Source of the DNA: Nitrospirota bacterium
GTDB lineage: Bacteria; Nitrospirota; 9FT-COMBO-42-15; HDB-SIOI813
Direction: 5' to 3'
DNA length: 64,000 nucleotides
Assembly (NCBI GenBank): GCA_016212215.1
Contig: JACRGV010000131.1
Coordinates: forward strand, 655-64,654
Made by a program: the position numbers and the translations under genes. Under the pieces are notes generated by a model, which saw only the letters and a list, made by a program, of their open reading frames with translations, was not told the DNA's origin and ran no database searches. Positions within the stretch are counted from its first letter, which is position 1. Every line of letters begins with the position of its first letter. This document shows positions 43,628-53,141 of this stretch, one piece after another.

Positions 43628-45244
43628 GTGGAAAATTTAAGATTTGAAGAATTAAATTTATCAAAAGAGATACAGAAGGCTATTACGGAGATGGGTTTTG
43701 AAGAGGCCACGCCGATCCAGTCGCAGTCCATTCCATATCTTTTAGATGGAAGAGATGTGCTTGGCCAGGCACAGACCGGTACGGGAAAGACAGCGGCATT
43801 CGGTATACCTGTTTTAGAGATGGTAGACCCGCATTCAAGGAACTTACAGGCGGCGATTGTATGTCCTACGAGAGAGCTTGCCATTCAGGTAGCAGAAGAA
43901 CTTAAAAAACTCGCAAAATATAAAAGGGGAATCGAGATACTGCCTGTCTACGGAGGTCAGCCGATAGACCGCCAGTTTATTGCATTAAAAAGGGGTGTAC
44001 AGATTATGATAGGCACACCCGGCAGGATCATGGACCACATGAAACGCCGTACACTGAAGATGGAAGGCGTTAAAATGGTTGTACTGGATGAGGCAGACGA
44101 GATGCTGGATATGGGATTCAGAGATGACATTGAGGCCATACTGAAACAGACTCCAAAGGATAGGCAGACTATCCTGTTTTCTGCAACGATGCCTAAGGCA
44201 ATCCTTGAATTGACAAAGAGATACCAGAACAATCCGATGACTATAAAGCTGGTACATAAAGAGATGACTGTCCCTAAGATTGAGCAGGTCTATTTCGAGG
44301 TCAAGGAACATGCTAAGGCAGAGGTCTTCTGCCGCCTGATTGACGCCTATAACCTTAAACTATCGCTTGCGTTCTGTAATACAAAAAAGAAGGTAGACGA
44401 ACTGGTGGAGACGCTCAAGGCAAGGGGATACCAGGCTGAAGGACTTCACGGTGATTTGAGCCAGTACCAGAGAGACCGGGTGATGTCACGGTTCAGGAAA
44501 GGTACTGTTGAGATATTAGTTGCAACAGATGTGGCGGCACGCGGAATTGATGTCGAGGACATTGAGGCAGTGTTTAATTATGATGTCCCTCAGGATGATG
44601 AAAACTATATACACAGGATAGGCAGAACAGGCAGGGCCGGCAGGGCTGGAAGGGCATTTACATTTGTGGTTGGAAGAGATATTTACAAGATAAAAGATAT
44701 ACAGAAATTTACTCATGCAAAGATTAAGTTAGAGAGGGTGCCTTCCCTGAGTGATGTGGCAGAGGTCAAGACAAACATCCTGATGGAAAAGATTAAGAAG
44801 ACTATAGATGAGGGTCATCTGACGAAATACGAAAGTATGATAGAAAGGGTCATAGATGAAGATTATACATCTTTAGATGTAGCCGCTGCACTGTTAAAGC
44901 TTACTATGGATGAAAAACCTAAAGAAGAACGGCCACATGAGGTTGAAGATGATACTAAAGAAACCGGAGCCAAACATGGAATGGTGAGGTTTTTTATTAA
45001 TATTGGAAGCCAGCAAAAGGTTCAGATAAAGGATATCGTAGGGGCTATTGCCGGAGAAACAGGTATTCCATGCAAGGCGATAGGGGCAGTAGATGTTTTT
45101 GATGGCTATACATTTGTGGAAGTACCCAAAGAGTTTGCAAAGGATGTTCAGCGTGGAATGAAAGAGGCTAAGATAAAGGGGAAGAGGGTTAATATAGAGA
45201 TAGCGAATCCGAAAGTCAGCAGGGACACCAGGGGCAGGGATTAG
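43628..45244 (+). CDS. deaD: DEAD-box ATP-dependent RNA helicase (DeaD/CsdA-like with a DbpA-type C-terminal RNA-binding domain)
   Basis: Q motif, AQTGTGKT, DEAD, SAT, HRIGRTGRAG. GTG start. Confidence 0.9.
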   Translation: MENLRFEELNLSKEIQKAITEMGFEEATPIQSQSIPYLLDGRDVLGQAQTGTGKTAAFGIPVLEMVDPHSRNLQAAIVCPTRELAIQVAEELKKLAKYKRGIEILPVYGGQPIDRQFIALKRGVQIMIGTPGRIMDHMKRRTLKMEGVKMVVLDEADEMLDMGFRDDIEAILKQTPKDRQTILFSATMPKAILELTKRYQNNPMTIKLVHKEMTVPKIEQVYFEVKEHAKAEVFCRLIDAYNLKLSLAFCNTKKKVDELVETLKARGYQAEGLHGDLSQYQRDRVMSRFRKGTVEILVATDVAARGIDVEDIEAVFNYDVPQDDENYIHRIGRTGRAGRAGRAFTFVVGRDIYKIKDIQKFTHAKIKLERVPSLSDVAEVKTNILMEKIKKTIDEGHLTKYESMIERVIDEDYTSLDVAAALLKLTMDEKPKEERPHEVEDDTKETGAKHGMVRFFINIGSQQKVQIKDIVGAIAGETGIPCKAIGAVDVFDGYTFVEVPKEFAKDVQRGMKEAKIKGKRVNIEIANPKVSRDTRGRD

Positions 45245-45248
45245 TAAG

Positions 45249-46031
45249 TTACCTCGTTTTCTGCCTTGGGAAAACAAACACAAAATATCCGACAGCTAAT
45301 ATTAACGGAACTAAACTCAGCACCTGGCCCATTGATAAGGGGAATGCGTCAGGCAGGACATGGAGGTCCTTTTTAAATTCAATAATGAATCTGCCGCCGA
45401 AGTAAAGTACGGTGTAGAGAAACAGAAAAAACATCGGCGGTGTCTTTCTGTAATATTTTTTGTAGAGCAGGAATAAGATAATAAAGATGAAAATGCTTAG
45501 CACTGCCTCATAAAGTTGTGCAGGATGACGCGGAAAATTCTCACCGGCGTATTTAAACACAACTCCCCAGTTTCCACTTGTAGGTATGCCGACTATCTCT
45601 GAATTAAAAAAATTCCCAATCCTAACACACGCGGCTGTAATAGGAAAACCGAGTACAAAGGCATCCGCATATTTTGAGAACTTTATCTTGTGAACTCTTA
45701 TCCATATATTGAAGGAGATAAAGACACCTATTGCCGCACCATGACTCGATAGCCCGCCGTTCCATATCTTGATCATCTCTGACGGATTGCTGAAATAAAA
45801 TCCCGGCTCGTAAAAAAGTATCTCTCCCAGCCTTGCACCTATAAGCAGGCCGAAGAATAGATAAGTAATGCCGCTCTCCGCATCGGACAGAGGGTATTGT
45901 TCCCTCCTGAATATCCATCTGACAAAAAGGTAATTTAACATAACCCCTGCAGCAAAAAGCACACCGTACCAGCGGATGCTGAACGGCCCCAGCTCAATCA
46001 TCACAGGAGACAGGTTGTGAATAAAAATCAT
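45249..46031 (-). CDS. lgt: Prolipoprotein diacylglyceryl transferase
   Basis: IRWYG, GGLSSHGA, and an Lgt-type topology of about 260 aa. Confidence 0.85.
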   Translation of the reverse strand: MIFIHNLSPVMIELGPFSIRWYGVLFAAGVMLNYLFVRWIFRREQYPLSDAESGITYLFFGLLIGARLGEILFYEPGFYFSNPSEMIKIWNGGLSSHGAAIGVFISFNIWIRVHKIKFSKYADAFVLGFPITAACVRIGNFFNSEIVGIPTSGNWGVVFKYAGENFPRHPAQLYEAVLSIFIFIILFLLYKKYYRKTPPMFFLFLYTVLYFGGRFIIEFKKDLHVLPDAFPLSMGQVLSLVPLILAVGYFVFVFPRQKTR

Positions 46032-46054
46032 AGTTTTTTATACCCCACACTTTA

Positions 46055-46097
46055 TTCTCCCCTCCCCTTGCGGGAGGGGATTAAGGGGAGGGGGGGT
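46055..46097. repeat. Family B-type hairpin
   Basis: TCTCCCCTCCCCTTGCGGGAGGGGATTAAGGGGAGGGGGGG. Confidence 0.75.
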
Positions 46098-46199
46098 CTA
46101 CCTTTCTTTAATTTATTCAGATATAATCCCATTTAAATCGTGAATCATTTTAAACTTTAGAGAAGCCGGTGTAAAGAGATAAAACAGGAGGTAATATAA

Positions 46200-46502
46200 A
46201 TGATAAAGCACATCGTTTTGTTCAGGTTGCAAGAATCAGCATTGGGCAAGAGTAAAGATGAAAACCTGCGGGAACTGAAAGCCCGGCTTGAATTACTTCA
46301 GGATAAAATTACAGTGGTAAAGTCCCTTGAAGTCGGGATCAATATTGGTGCCTCTGCAAGCGCCTCTGACATAGCCATCTACTCTGAGTTCGATGACATG
46401 CAGGCACTGGAAGAATACCGCGTACATCCTGAACACGTAAAGATAGTAGAGTTTATTGACAAGGCATGCTCGGAGAGGCGTGTGGCAGACTATGAAGTCT
46501 AA
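46200..46502 (+). CDS. Dabb (stress-responsive alpha/beta barrel) family protein
   Basis: MIKHIVLFRL...YR.HPEH in a 100-aa protein. Confidence 0.75.
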   Translation: MIKHIVLFRLQESALGKSKDENLRELKARLELLQDKITVVKSLEVGINIGASASASDIAIYSEFDDMQALEEYRVHPEHVKIVEFIDKACSERRVADYEV

Positions 46503-46515
46503 TATCGAAGCCCTG

Positions 46516-47475
46516 CTATGATTTCTCAAACAGCCGTTTATATTTACCATATCCCTCTTTTTCAAAGTCCTCTTTCGGGATAAACTTAATCGCAGCGGAG
46601 TTTATGCAATACCTCATGCCCTCAGGCTCAGGGCCGTCATTAAACAGATGACCGAGATGAGAATCAGCCGTTCTGCTCCTGACCTCTGTCCTCGTCATAA
46701 AGAGACTCCTGTCCTCTTTTTCAATAAGACATTCAGACTCCATCGGTTTTGTAAAACTTGGCCAGCCTGTCCCTGAATCGAATTTATCAAGGGAACTAAA
46801 GAGAGGTTCTCCGGATACCACATCAACGTATATCCCTTCCCGGTGATTATCCCAATATTCGTTTTCAAATGCCCGTTCAGTGCCGTTCTCCTGAGTGACA
46901 TGATATTGAATCGGGGTTAATTTCTTTTTTAATTTCCTGACGCTCCAGACCTTTTCAATATATTGATCCCGTCCTGACATGTATCTGTAATATTTATATC
47001 TCTCAGGATCCTTTTTGTGGTAGTCCTGATGATAATCTTCAGCAGGATAAAACTCAGCACACCTCCGGATTTCTGTTGCGATTGGCTTCTTAAACTTCCC
47101 TGACTTTTCTATCTCTGTTTTCGATTTCTCAGCAAGTTGCCTCTGTTCATCATTGTGATAAAAGATGGCTGACCTGTATTGTGACCCCCTGTCCACAAAG
47201 GAACCGCCTGCATCTGTCGGGTCAATCTGTTTCCAGAATGTATTCAGCAGTTGATTATAACTTACTTTGGCAGGATCATAGATTATCCGGACTGCCTCAA
47301 TATGTCCTGTTCGCCCGGACGATACCTCTTCATAAGTGGGATCTGATTTCTCACCGCCTGTATAGCCGGAGATTACATCTGCAACCCCGTCAAGCTCTTC
47401 AAAGGCTGGCTCCATGCACCAGAAACACCCGCCTGCAAATATCACCTCTTCAAACTGCATATCCTGATTGCCCAT
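46516..47475 (-). CDS. msrAB: Bifunctional methionine sulfoxide reductase MsrA/MsrB
   Basis: GGCFWC (MsrA) at the N-terminus. GTGWPSF and RYCINS (MsrB) in the C-terminal half. Confidence 0.9.
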   Translation of the reverse strand: MGNQDMQFEEVIFAGGCFWCMEPAFEELDGVADVISGYTGGEKSDPTYEEVSSGRTGHIEAVRIIYDPAKVSYNQLLNTFWKQIDPTDAGGSFVDRGSQYRSAIFYHNDEQRQLAEKSKTEIEKSGKFKKPIATEIRRCAEFYPAEDYHQDYHKKDPERYKYYRYMSGRDQYIEKVWSVRKLKKKLTPIQYHVTQENGTERAFENEYWDNHREGIYVDVVSGEPLFSSLDKFDSGTGWPSFTKPMESECLIEKEDRSLFMTRTEVRSRTADSHLGHLFNDGPEPEGMRYCINSAAIKFIPKEDFEKEGYGKYKRLFEKS

Positions 47476-47542
47476 GTAATTCTCCTCCTCTTATTTATAT
47501 TATATGGGACAATCAGGATAATTTTCAATGTTCAATGACCGA

Positions 47543-47950
47543 TTATACAACTCCTTTGCTGTTAAGGAATGGGCTGTATTTCTTATCCGTTCCGCAGATA
47601 TGTTTTATCAACCAGTCTTTTAAAAACGCCATCACCTCCACGCTGAGTACAACCTTTCCGGATTTGAAATTATCCCTCATTTCAATGGCCTGTTTTGTAA
47701 AATTGGCATGTTGTTTCTGATGTTCCAGATACCCGGCATAAGAATACTTCTGAAACATTTTCTCTTCCGCATTGAAGTGAAAGACCGTGTAATTTACAAG
47801 GTCAGATAATATACTTTCCAATACGTCCTTTCCTTTACCGGACTTCATCCCCTCATTCAATTTGTTAATCAGCTCGACAAGCTTCCTGTGATGTTCATCA
47901 AACACCTTTACATTCACGCTATAATTCTCATCCCATGTAATTAATGCCAT
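47543..47950 (-). CDS. Bacteriohemerythrin
   Basis: W...YSV.V..FDEHHRKLVELIN, HF..EE..M, H...H..F and the D of the di-iron site. Confidence 0.85.
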   Translation of the reverse strand: MALITWDENYSVNVKVFDEHHRKLVELINKLNEGMKSGKGKDVLESILSDLVNYTVFHFNAEEKMFQKYSYAGYLEHQKQHANFTKQAIEMRDNFKSGKVVLSVEVMAFLKDWLIKHICGTDKKYSPFLNSKGVV

Positions 47951-48189
47951 TTTTCATTCTCCTTTCGGCAAATTTTATCGGGGCTATGCAGGATTAATGA
48001 ATACCTCCCACCCTTTTCTAAATTGGGAATCTGCACGATTCTTGGATGAACCGGTTTGTTTGCAATTCCCCTCTATTTTTCCCAATAAAAAAATCTTGAC
48101 AAATCTTAATATATAGTGTTTTATTAAGTCTCATAACGAAGAGGTGAACCTCTTCAGGTAAAGATTCAAAGCAAAATAACGATATAATA

Positions 48190-48246
48190 AAGGCCACGAA
48201 GGTCTATCAACTTGAAAAAAGCTGGTAACTTTCGTGGCCTTTTTTA
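48190..48246 (+). terminator. Terminator-like hairpin T1 in the 5' leader of the porin/metal-uptake cluster
   Basis: AAGGCCACGAAGG...CTTTCGTGGCCTT followed by TTTTT. Confidence 0.55.
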
Positions 48247-48268
48247 TTTCGGTTCATTCAATCTATGG

Positions 48269-48327
48269 ACCATGAAGGTTCTATCCACATTGTATTGTGG
48301 AAGAATATACCTTCGTGGTTTTTTTTT
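48269..48327 (+). terminator. Terminator-like hairpin T2, paralogous to T1
   Basis: ACCATGAAGGT...ACCTTCGTGGT followed by T9. It shares CCAYGAAGGT-CTATC-AC with T1. Confidence 0.55.
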
Positions 48328-48365
48328 GAGTGACCCCATGAGCTCATGACTCACAAAGGATAAGG

Positions 48366-48410
48366 GAAATTCCCTCTCCCTCAGGGAGAGGGTCAGGGTG
48401 AGGGTGGGTT
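48366..48410 (+). repeat. Family B hairpin repeat
   Basis: GAAATTCCCTCTCCCTCAGGGAGAGGGTCAGGGTGAGGGTGGGTT. Confidence 0.85.
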
Positions 48411-48456
48411 ATTTTGTATGTACGTTTAACCAACAAGCAGAAAGGAGAGTAGAACA

Positions 48457-49812
48457 ATGGCTTCAAAGAGAAGATTTATGCTAAACATTCTGGCAGCAAC
48501 ATCAGCAGCAGTCCTGTTTTCCAGTACATTTATGTATTCAACCGTACTGGCGCATGATGGGGAGGAAGACAGTGATCATCAAGGGGAAATCCTCTTAGCT
48601 CGTGAAGGTGAAGATAGTGTAACCAGACCAGCTACAGAAGAACACCATGAGGTCGGTGCAGAGCTTGGTCACAAGCTCCACCCGATCCATTCTGACAATC
48701 AGGCCAGGATTAGCGGCTGGCTTACAGCGATAGCACAAGGGACATTAGGAAGTAAGGATGTCTCCGGCAGGAAAAATGACATGGCAGAGGGTTCTCTATC
48801 CGGTGACATATTCTACGAGGCCAGACTTGATGGGAGTGACGACTTCATGCTTCACATAGATATCCAGCAGGGTGAGGGTTTGGTCAATACCCCTGCACTA
48901 TTTGCCTCTCCTAATGGAAATGTTACAGGACCGAATAACGATGTTGAGTCATTTCTGGGTGACCAGGTCCATCTGGCGGAGGCATGGTATGAGACAAAAT
49001 TTGTAAACGACACGTTGACCCTTACCCTCGGTCAGCTTGACCCGACGGTCTATTTTGATACCAACAATTATGCAAATAATGAGCGGTTTCAGTTTATAGC
49101 AAATCAATTCGGCAATAACACGACAATAGAGTTTGGGGGAACAGGGAACTTCTATGGGGCTGGATTCAGGTTAACCTACTCACCAATGGATCTGATTGAG
49201 ATTACCGTTGGTGGGTTGGATGGTGATGGGGATTATAAAGAGATGTTTGACCGGCCTTTTGTAATCGCTGAGGTGGATCTAAAACCAAAATTGGCAGGGA
49301 AGGAAGGGAATTACAGGTTCTATGTTTGGCAAAACTCCCTTCCTCACTACAGGCTTGATGGAGATGGGAATACATCCTTTGTTACTACGGTAGGTAATCC
49401 ATCAGTAAACCTTCCCACTGTGTTAATTGGCGACAAGAACTCCGGCTTTGGCATCAGCCTGGATCAGGTACTTACAGATAATCTTGGTCTTTGGGCCCGC
49501 CTTGGGATCCAGGATGGTAATGTATCCCAGTTTGACCGCCATGTGAGTGGAGGCATTCAGCTTTCAGGCGGGGCCTTTGGCAGGAAAGATGATGTTATTG
49601 GAGTAGGAGTTGGTTATACCTTAATTAGTGATACCTATAAAAAAGCCTCAGGCCTGAACGGCAACGAGCTTTATGCTGAGGCATACTACAATATTGCTGT
49701 AAAAGAGGGCTTTTATGTGACACCGGATATCCAGTATATTGCCAATCCAGGAGGCGATGATAACAGGGATTCTTTTGCAGTCTATGGCGCAAGGGCCGGG
49801 GTGATGTTTTAA
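48457..49812 (+). CDS. Outer-membrane porin (OprB/carbohydrate-porin-like) with a His/acidic-rich N-terminal segment
   Basis: Signal peptide, HDGEEDSDHQGE, a beta-barrel-like body, and a C-terminal ...GVMF. Confidence 0.6.
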   Translation: MASKRRFMLNILAATSAAVLFSSTFMYSTVLAHDGEEDSDHQGEILLAREGEDSVTRPATEEHHEVGAELGHKLHPIHSDNQARISGWLTAIAQGTLGSKDVSGRKNDMAEGSLSGDIFYEARLDGSDDFMLHIDIQQGEGLVNTPALFASPNGNVTGPNNDVESFLGDQVHLAEAWYETKFVNDTLTLTLGQLDPTVYFDTNNYANNERFQFIANQFGNNTTIEFGGTGNFYGAGFRLTYSPMDLIEITVGGLDGDGDYKEMFDRPFVIAEVDLKPKLAGKEGNYRFYVWQNSLPHYRLDGDGNTSFVTTVGNPSVNLPTVLIGDKNSGFGISLDQVLTDNLGLWARLGIQDGNVSQFDRHVSGGIQLSGGAFGRKDDVIGVGVGYTLISDTYKKASGLNGNELYAEAYYNIAVKEGFYVTPDIQYIANPGGDDNRDSFAVYGARAGVMF

Positions 49813-49852
49813 ATAAAATAATAGAATGACAAGCTACGAGGAAGGAACAAAG

Positions 49853-50638
49853 ATGAAGAAGGCAGGGATTTTTTTAATAACTATGATATTGGGATTTTGC
49901 ATTAGTGGCATTGCCAATGCACATTTCCAGATGATAATCCCATCTGACGAGATGGTGTCACAGATAGAAAGCAATAAGATCAATTTAGATGTGAGATTCT
50001 ACCATCCATTTGAAGGGCAGGGAATGAATATTGATAAACCTGTGCAGTTCGGCGTGATGATTGGCGGAAAGAAGTTCAATCTTCTTAATGAGCTTAAAGA
50101 TATTAAACTTAATGACAGACAAGGTAAAAAGTTTACTGCCTTCAAGTCTACTTATGCAATTAAAAACCCGGGTGACCATGTCTTTTTTGTGGAACCTAAG
50201 CCATACTGGGAGCCGGCGGAAGAGACATTCATAATCCATTACGCAAAGGTAATAGTTAATGCCCTTGGGATGGAAGAGGGGTGGGGTACAGAGGTTGGAC
50301 TGAAAACTGAGATAGTGCCGCTTACAAGGCCTTATGGATTATGGGTCGGCAATGTATTTCAGGGTATTGTAAAACTTAATGGCAAGCCGCTTCCTTTTGC
50401 GGAGGTTGAGGTAGAATACTTCAATGATCAAGCAAAGATGAAGGCCCCTGCAGACCCTATGATTACTCAGGTTGTTAAGGCTGATCAGAACGGTGTCTTT
50501 ACTTATGCAATGCCAAAGGCCGGTTGGTGGGGATTTGCAGCCCTGAGTACGGATGAAAAGACAATGGTACATGATGGGAAGGAGTATCCAATAGAGATTG
50601 GGGCTATATTATGGGTGAAAACATATAACATGAAGTAA
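49853..50638 (+). CDS. DUF4198 periplasmic protein (NikK-like nickel/cobalt uptake component)
   Basis: Signal peptide, then AHFQMIIPS. It is about 260 aa and is associated with Nik/Cbi ECF genes. Confidence 0.6.
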   Translation: MKKAGIFLITMILGFCISGIANAHFQMIIPSDEMVSQIESNKINLDVRFYHPFEGQGMNIDKPVQFGVMIGGKKFNLLNELKDIKLNDRQGKKFTAFKSTYAIKNPGDHVFFVEPKPYWEPAEETFIIHYAKVIVNALGMEEGWGTEVGLKTEIVPLTRPYGLWVGNVFQGIVKLNGKPLPFAEVEVEYFNDQAKMKAPADPMITQVVKADQNGVFTYAMPKAGWWGFAALSTDEKTMVHDGKEYPIEIGAILWVKTYNMK

Positions 50639-50642
50639 GTAA

Positions 50643-50742
50643 TAATTTCCCCTCCCCTTGCGGGCGGGCTGTAAATATGTTTAATCAAAACTTCTCCCCC
50701 ACTTGCGGGGGGAGGCAGGAGGGGGGCAAAGGGGAGGGGGAA
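50643..50742. repeat. Family B-type G/C hairpins (two or three units)
   Basis: CCCCTCCCCTTGCGGGCGGG ... CTCCCCCACTTGCGGGGGGAGG ... GGGGAGGGGG. Confidence 0.75.
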
Positions 50743-50750
50743 ATGGTCTC

Positions 50751-50779
50751 TTGACTTTAAATTTCATGTTAGGTATAGT
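50751..50779 (+). promoter_or_regulatory. Putative internal promoter for the nikL-like/cbiMQO genes
   Basis: TTGACT (50751-50756), 17-bp spacer, TATAGT (50774-50779). Confidence 0.5.
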
Positions 50780-50958
50780 TTTTGCTATATTTTATATAAT
50801 GGCATATAGTATAACACTCCTCAAGAAGAGGATGCTGAAGTTAGTGAAAGAAGTGCATCATTATAATGAATGATGGCCATGTAGGCCTGATACCCTTTTT
50901 TAGATAGTAAAAGGGGCCTATATGGCCATTTTGTTTTTTAGACACGGAGAGATTTAAA

Positions 50959-51591
50959 ATGATAAAATCATCAGAAAAAAAAGTTCGGTTTTTCTTGCTT
51001 CTGACTTCTTGCTTCTTGCTTCTTACGTTCTTTTCTTTTATCCATGCTGACAATGCCCATGCCCATAAAGTCCAGATGTTCACCCATGTAGAAGGTGATA
51101 AGGTCTTTATTGAGGGATATTTTCCGGACGGGAAAAAAACTATTAACAGCGAAGTGACCGTCTTTGATAACAAATCAGGAGAAGAACTGCTCAGAGGAAA
51201 AACTGATGTTGAAGGTAAATTCTCATTTAATCCACCCAGAAAGACAGACCTCAGGATAGCCCTTAATGCCAGTCTGGGTCATAAAACAGAATATATACTA
51301 CCGGGTGATGAACTTGCCGATACAAAAAATAAACCTGATAAGAAGACCGTTTCTGATAAAAAAGTAAAATCAGATAAAGGGAGTGAACAATCTATAGCCT
51401 TAGCTCAGACCGACACTGCAGAACTTTTGCTTGCAGTTGAGAAAGGTGTTGAGAAGGGTGTTACCCCTTTGATGCGTGAGTTTGCAGGTTGTAAAGAACA
51501 TGTCTTTTATTCCGAGATTATCGGCGGGATTGGTTATATTTTTGGGGTGCTTGGTATCGTACTTTTCTTTCAATCAAGAAAGAAGAAGTAA
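50959..51591 (+). CDS. Membrane-anchored accessory protein of the Ni/Co uptake system (NikL-like, uncertain)
   Basis: N-terminal and C-terminal TM helices flank a beta-sandwich-like domain (VTVFDNKSGEELLRGKTDVEGKFSF). It lies immediately upstream of cbiM. Confidence 0.4.
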   Translation: MIKSSEKKVRFFLLLTSCFLLLTFFSFIHADNAHAHKVQMFTHVEGDKVFIEGYFPDGKKTINSEVTVFDNKSGEELLRGKTDVEGKFSFNPPRKTDLRIALNASLGHKTEYILPGDELADTKNKPDKKTVSDKKVKSDKGSEQSIALAQTDTAELLLAVEKGVEKGVTPLMREFAGCKEHVFYSEIIGGIGYIFGVLGIVLFFQSRKKK

Positions 51592-51617
51592 TCAACAGTT
51601 TATGGAGGCAAAATAAA

Positions 51618-52250
51618 ATGCACATCTCCGAAGGAATCCTTTCTGCCCCGGTTCTTGCAGGCGGTTTTGTCGGGACAGCAATTCTGGCCGGTATCACTTT
51701 GAGAAAAATGGATATGGAAGAAATCCCAAAGATATCCGTTGTTACAGCGGCCTTTTTTGTGGCGTCTCTTATCCATGTTCCTATAGGCATTACAAGCATA
51801 CATCTTATCCTAAACGGTCTTGTAGGTATTACCTTGGGGTTACGGAGTTTTCCGGCTATAATGCTTGCACTTGTACTCCAGGCCCTCCTTTTTGGTCATG
51901 GAGGGGTTACAGTAATCGGGGTAAATAGTATTATGCTTGGCGGCGGTGGTCTGGTTGCATATTTTATCTGGCAGATGCGCCATCGTTTTAGAACAACTCC
52001 AAAGCGGGAACCGATATTCGGCGGCATAGCCGCTGCCTTGAGTGTTGTATTTTCCGGCATTATACTTGCGCTTGCACTTGTAACAACAGGTGAGGAATTC
52101 AGGGCTACTGCCGGTTATGCGCTTTTGGCCCATGTTCCAGTTATGGTAATAGAAAGTATTGTTGTAGGTGCGTGTGCAGGATTTCTTATGAAGGTAAAGC
52201 CTGACATACTTGCAGGTCATCGTCAGACAGGACAACGCCATGCCCCTTGA
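51618..52250 (+). CDS. cbiM: ECF transporter substrate-capture subunit CbiM/NikM
   Basis: MHISEGIL N-terminal metal-binding motif and about 6 TM segments. Confidence 0.85.
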   Translation: MHISEGILSAPVLAGGFVGTAILAGITLRKMDMEEIPKISVVTAAFFVASLIHVPIGITSIHLILNGLVGITLGLRSFPAIMLALVLQALLFGHGGVTVIGVNSIMLGGGGLVAYFIWQMRHRFRTTPKREPIFGGIAAALSVVFSGIILALALVTTGEEFRATAGYALLAHVPVMVIESIVVGACAGFLMKVKPDILAGHRQTGQRHAP

Positions 52251-53028
52251 TATAGACCGCTATGCACATTTAGAAACTTCTATACACCGCTGGGACCCAA
52301 GGTTGAAGATACTGTCTCTCGGTATATTCATGTTTGGAACAGCTATCCTTAATTCGATTCCCCTTGTCATTATTGCGATTATTATGGCGATGATATTTCT
52401 GAAAATAACAGGCCTGCCGCTCTATTTTATTGTCCAGGGTCTGACATGGGTAGTTTTTTTCTTAGCGCCATTCTTTTTAATCATGCCTTTTTCCTATCCG
52501 GGCGAGGCTGCGTTTTACATCTGGAAAATTCCATTTGCATGGGAGGGGCTTCGTCTGGCGACCCTTATATTTATTAAGGCACTTGCCATTGTGATGACTA
52601 CTTATGCTATATTTGGTTCTGCTCGATTTGATATTTCAATGATTGCGATGCAGCGTTTAAAATGTCCAAAGGTTATTGTGCAGATGCTTCTGTTTACTTA
52701 CAGGTATATATTTGTTTTTGTAGATGAGATGAAGCGGATGGATACTGCCATGAGATGCCGCGGATTTGTTATGAAGACAGATTTAAATACGCTGTATGTT
52801 ATGGGTAATTTTGTCGGAACTTTACTTGTGCGAAGTTTCGAAAGAACTACGAGGGTATACAAGGCGATGCTTTCCAAAGGATACCAGGGTGAGTTTCATA
52901 CAATGGTAGAGTTCAACGCAGGGTGGAAAGATTTTGTAAAGGCTGCTATGGTTCTTTGTGTTATTATAGTGCTTCTTGCATGGAATTTGCTGGGGATATT
53001 TAAACCGGCGGTGAAAGGATGGTATTAG
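52240..53028 (+). CDS. cbiQ: ECF transporter transmembrane (T) component CbiQ/NikQ
   Basis: Polytopic protein with a conserved Arg-containing coupling region (RGFV, ERTTRVYKAM). ATG 52240 overlaps the cbiM end. Confidence 0.8.
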   Translation: MPLDIDRYAHLETSIHRWDPRLKILSLGIFMFGTAILNSIPLVIIAIIMAMIFLKITGLPLYFIVQGLTWVVFFLAPFFLIMPFSYPGEAAFYIWKIPFAWEGLRLATLIFIKALAIVMTTYAIFGSARFDISMIAMQRLKCPKVIVQMLLFTYRYIFVFVDEMKRMDTAMRCRGFVMKTDLNTLYVMGNFVGTLLVRSFERTTRVYKAMLSKGYQGEFHTMVEFNAGWKDFVKAAMVLCVIIVLLAWNLLGIFKPAVKGWY

Positions 53029-53128
53029 TTTAGTAAGCGGTAAGCAGTTAACAGTAAGCAGTAAGTATAGGTCAGAAGCAATAAGTAAGAGGTTAGAAGT
53101 AAGACGCAAGAGGCAAAAGTAAGAAAAA
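53027..53128 (+). repeat. Heptamer-periodic tract
   Basis: TTAGTAAGCGGTAAGCAGTTAACAGTAAGCAGTAAGTATAGGTCAGAAGCAATAAGTAAGAGGTTAGAAGTAAGACGCAAGAGG. Confidence 0.8.
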
Positions 53129-53141
53129 AGGAGAGTTATGA

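Noticed and set aside
47951-50958. A cobalamin or NiCo riboswitch in the leaders of the metal-uptake genes.
   Set aside because: I could not find the conserved B12-box-like core or a czcD-type four-way junction by eye. Only the expression-platform-like hairpins are reported. A covariance-model scan is needed.
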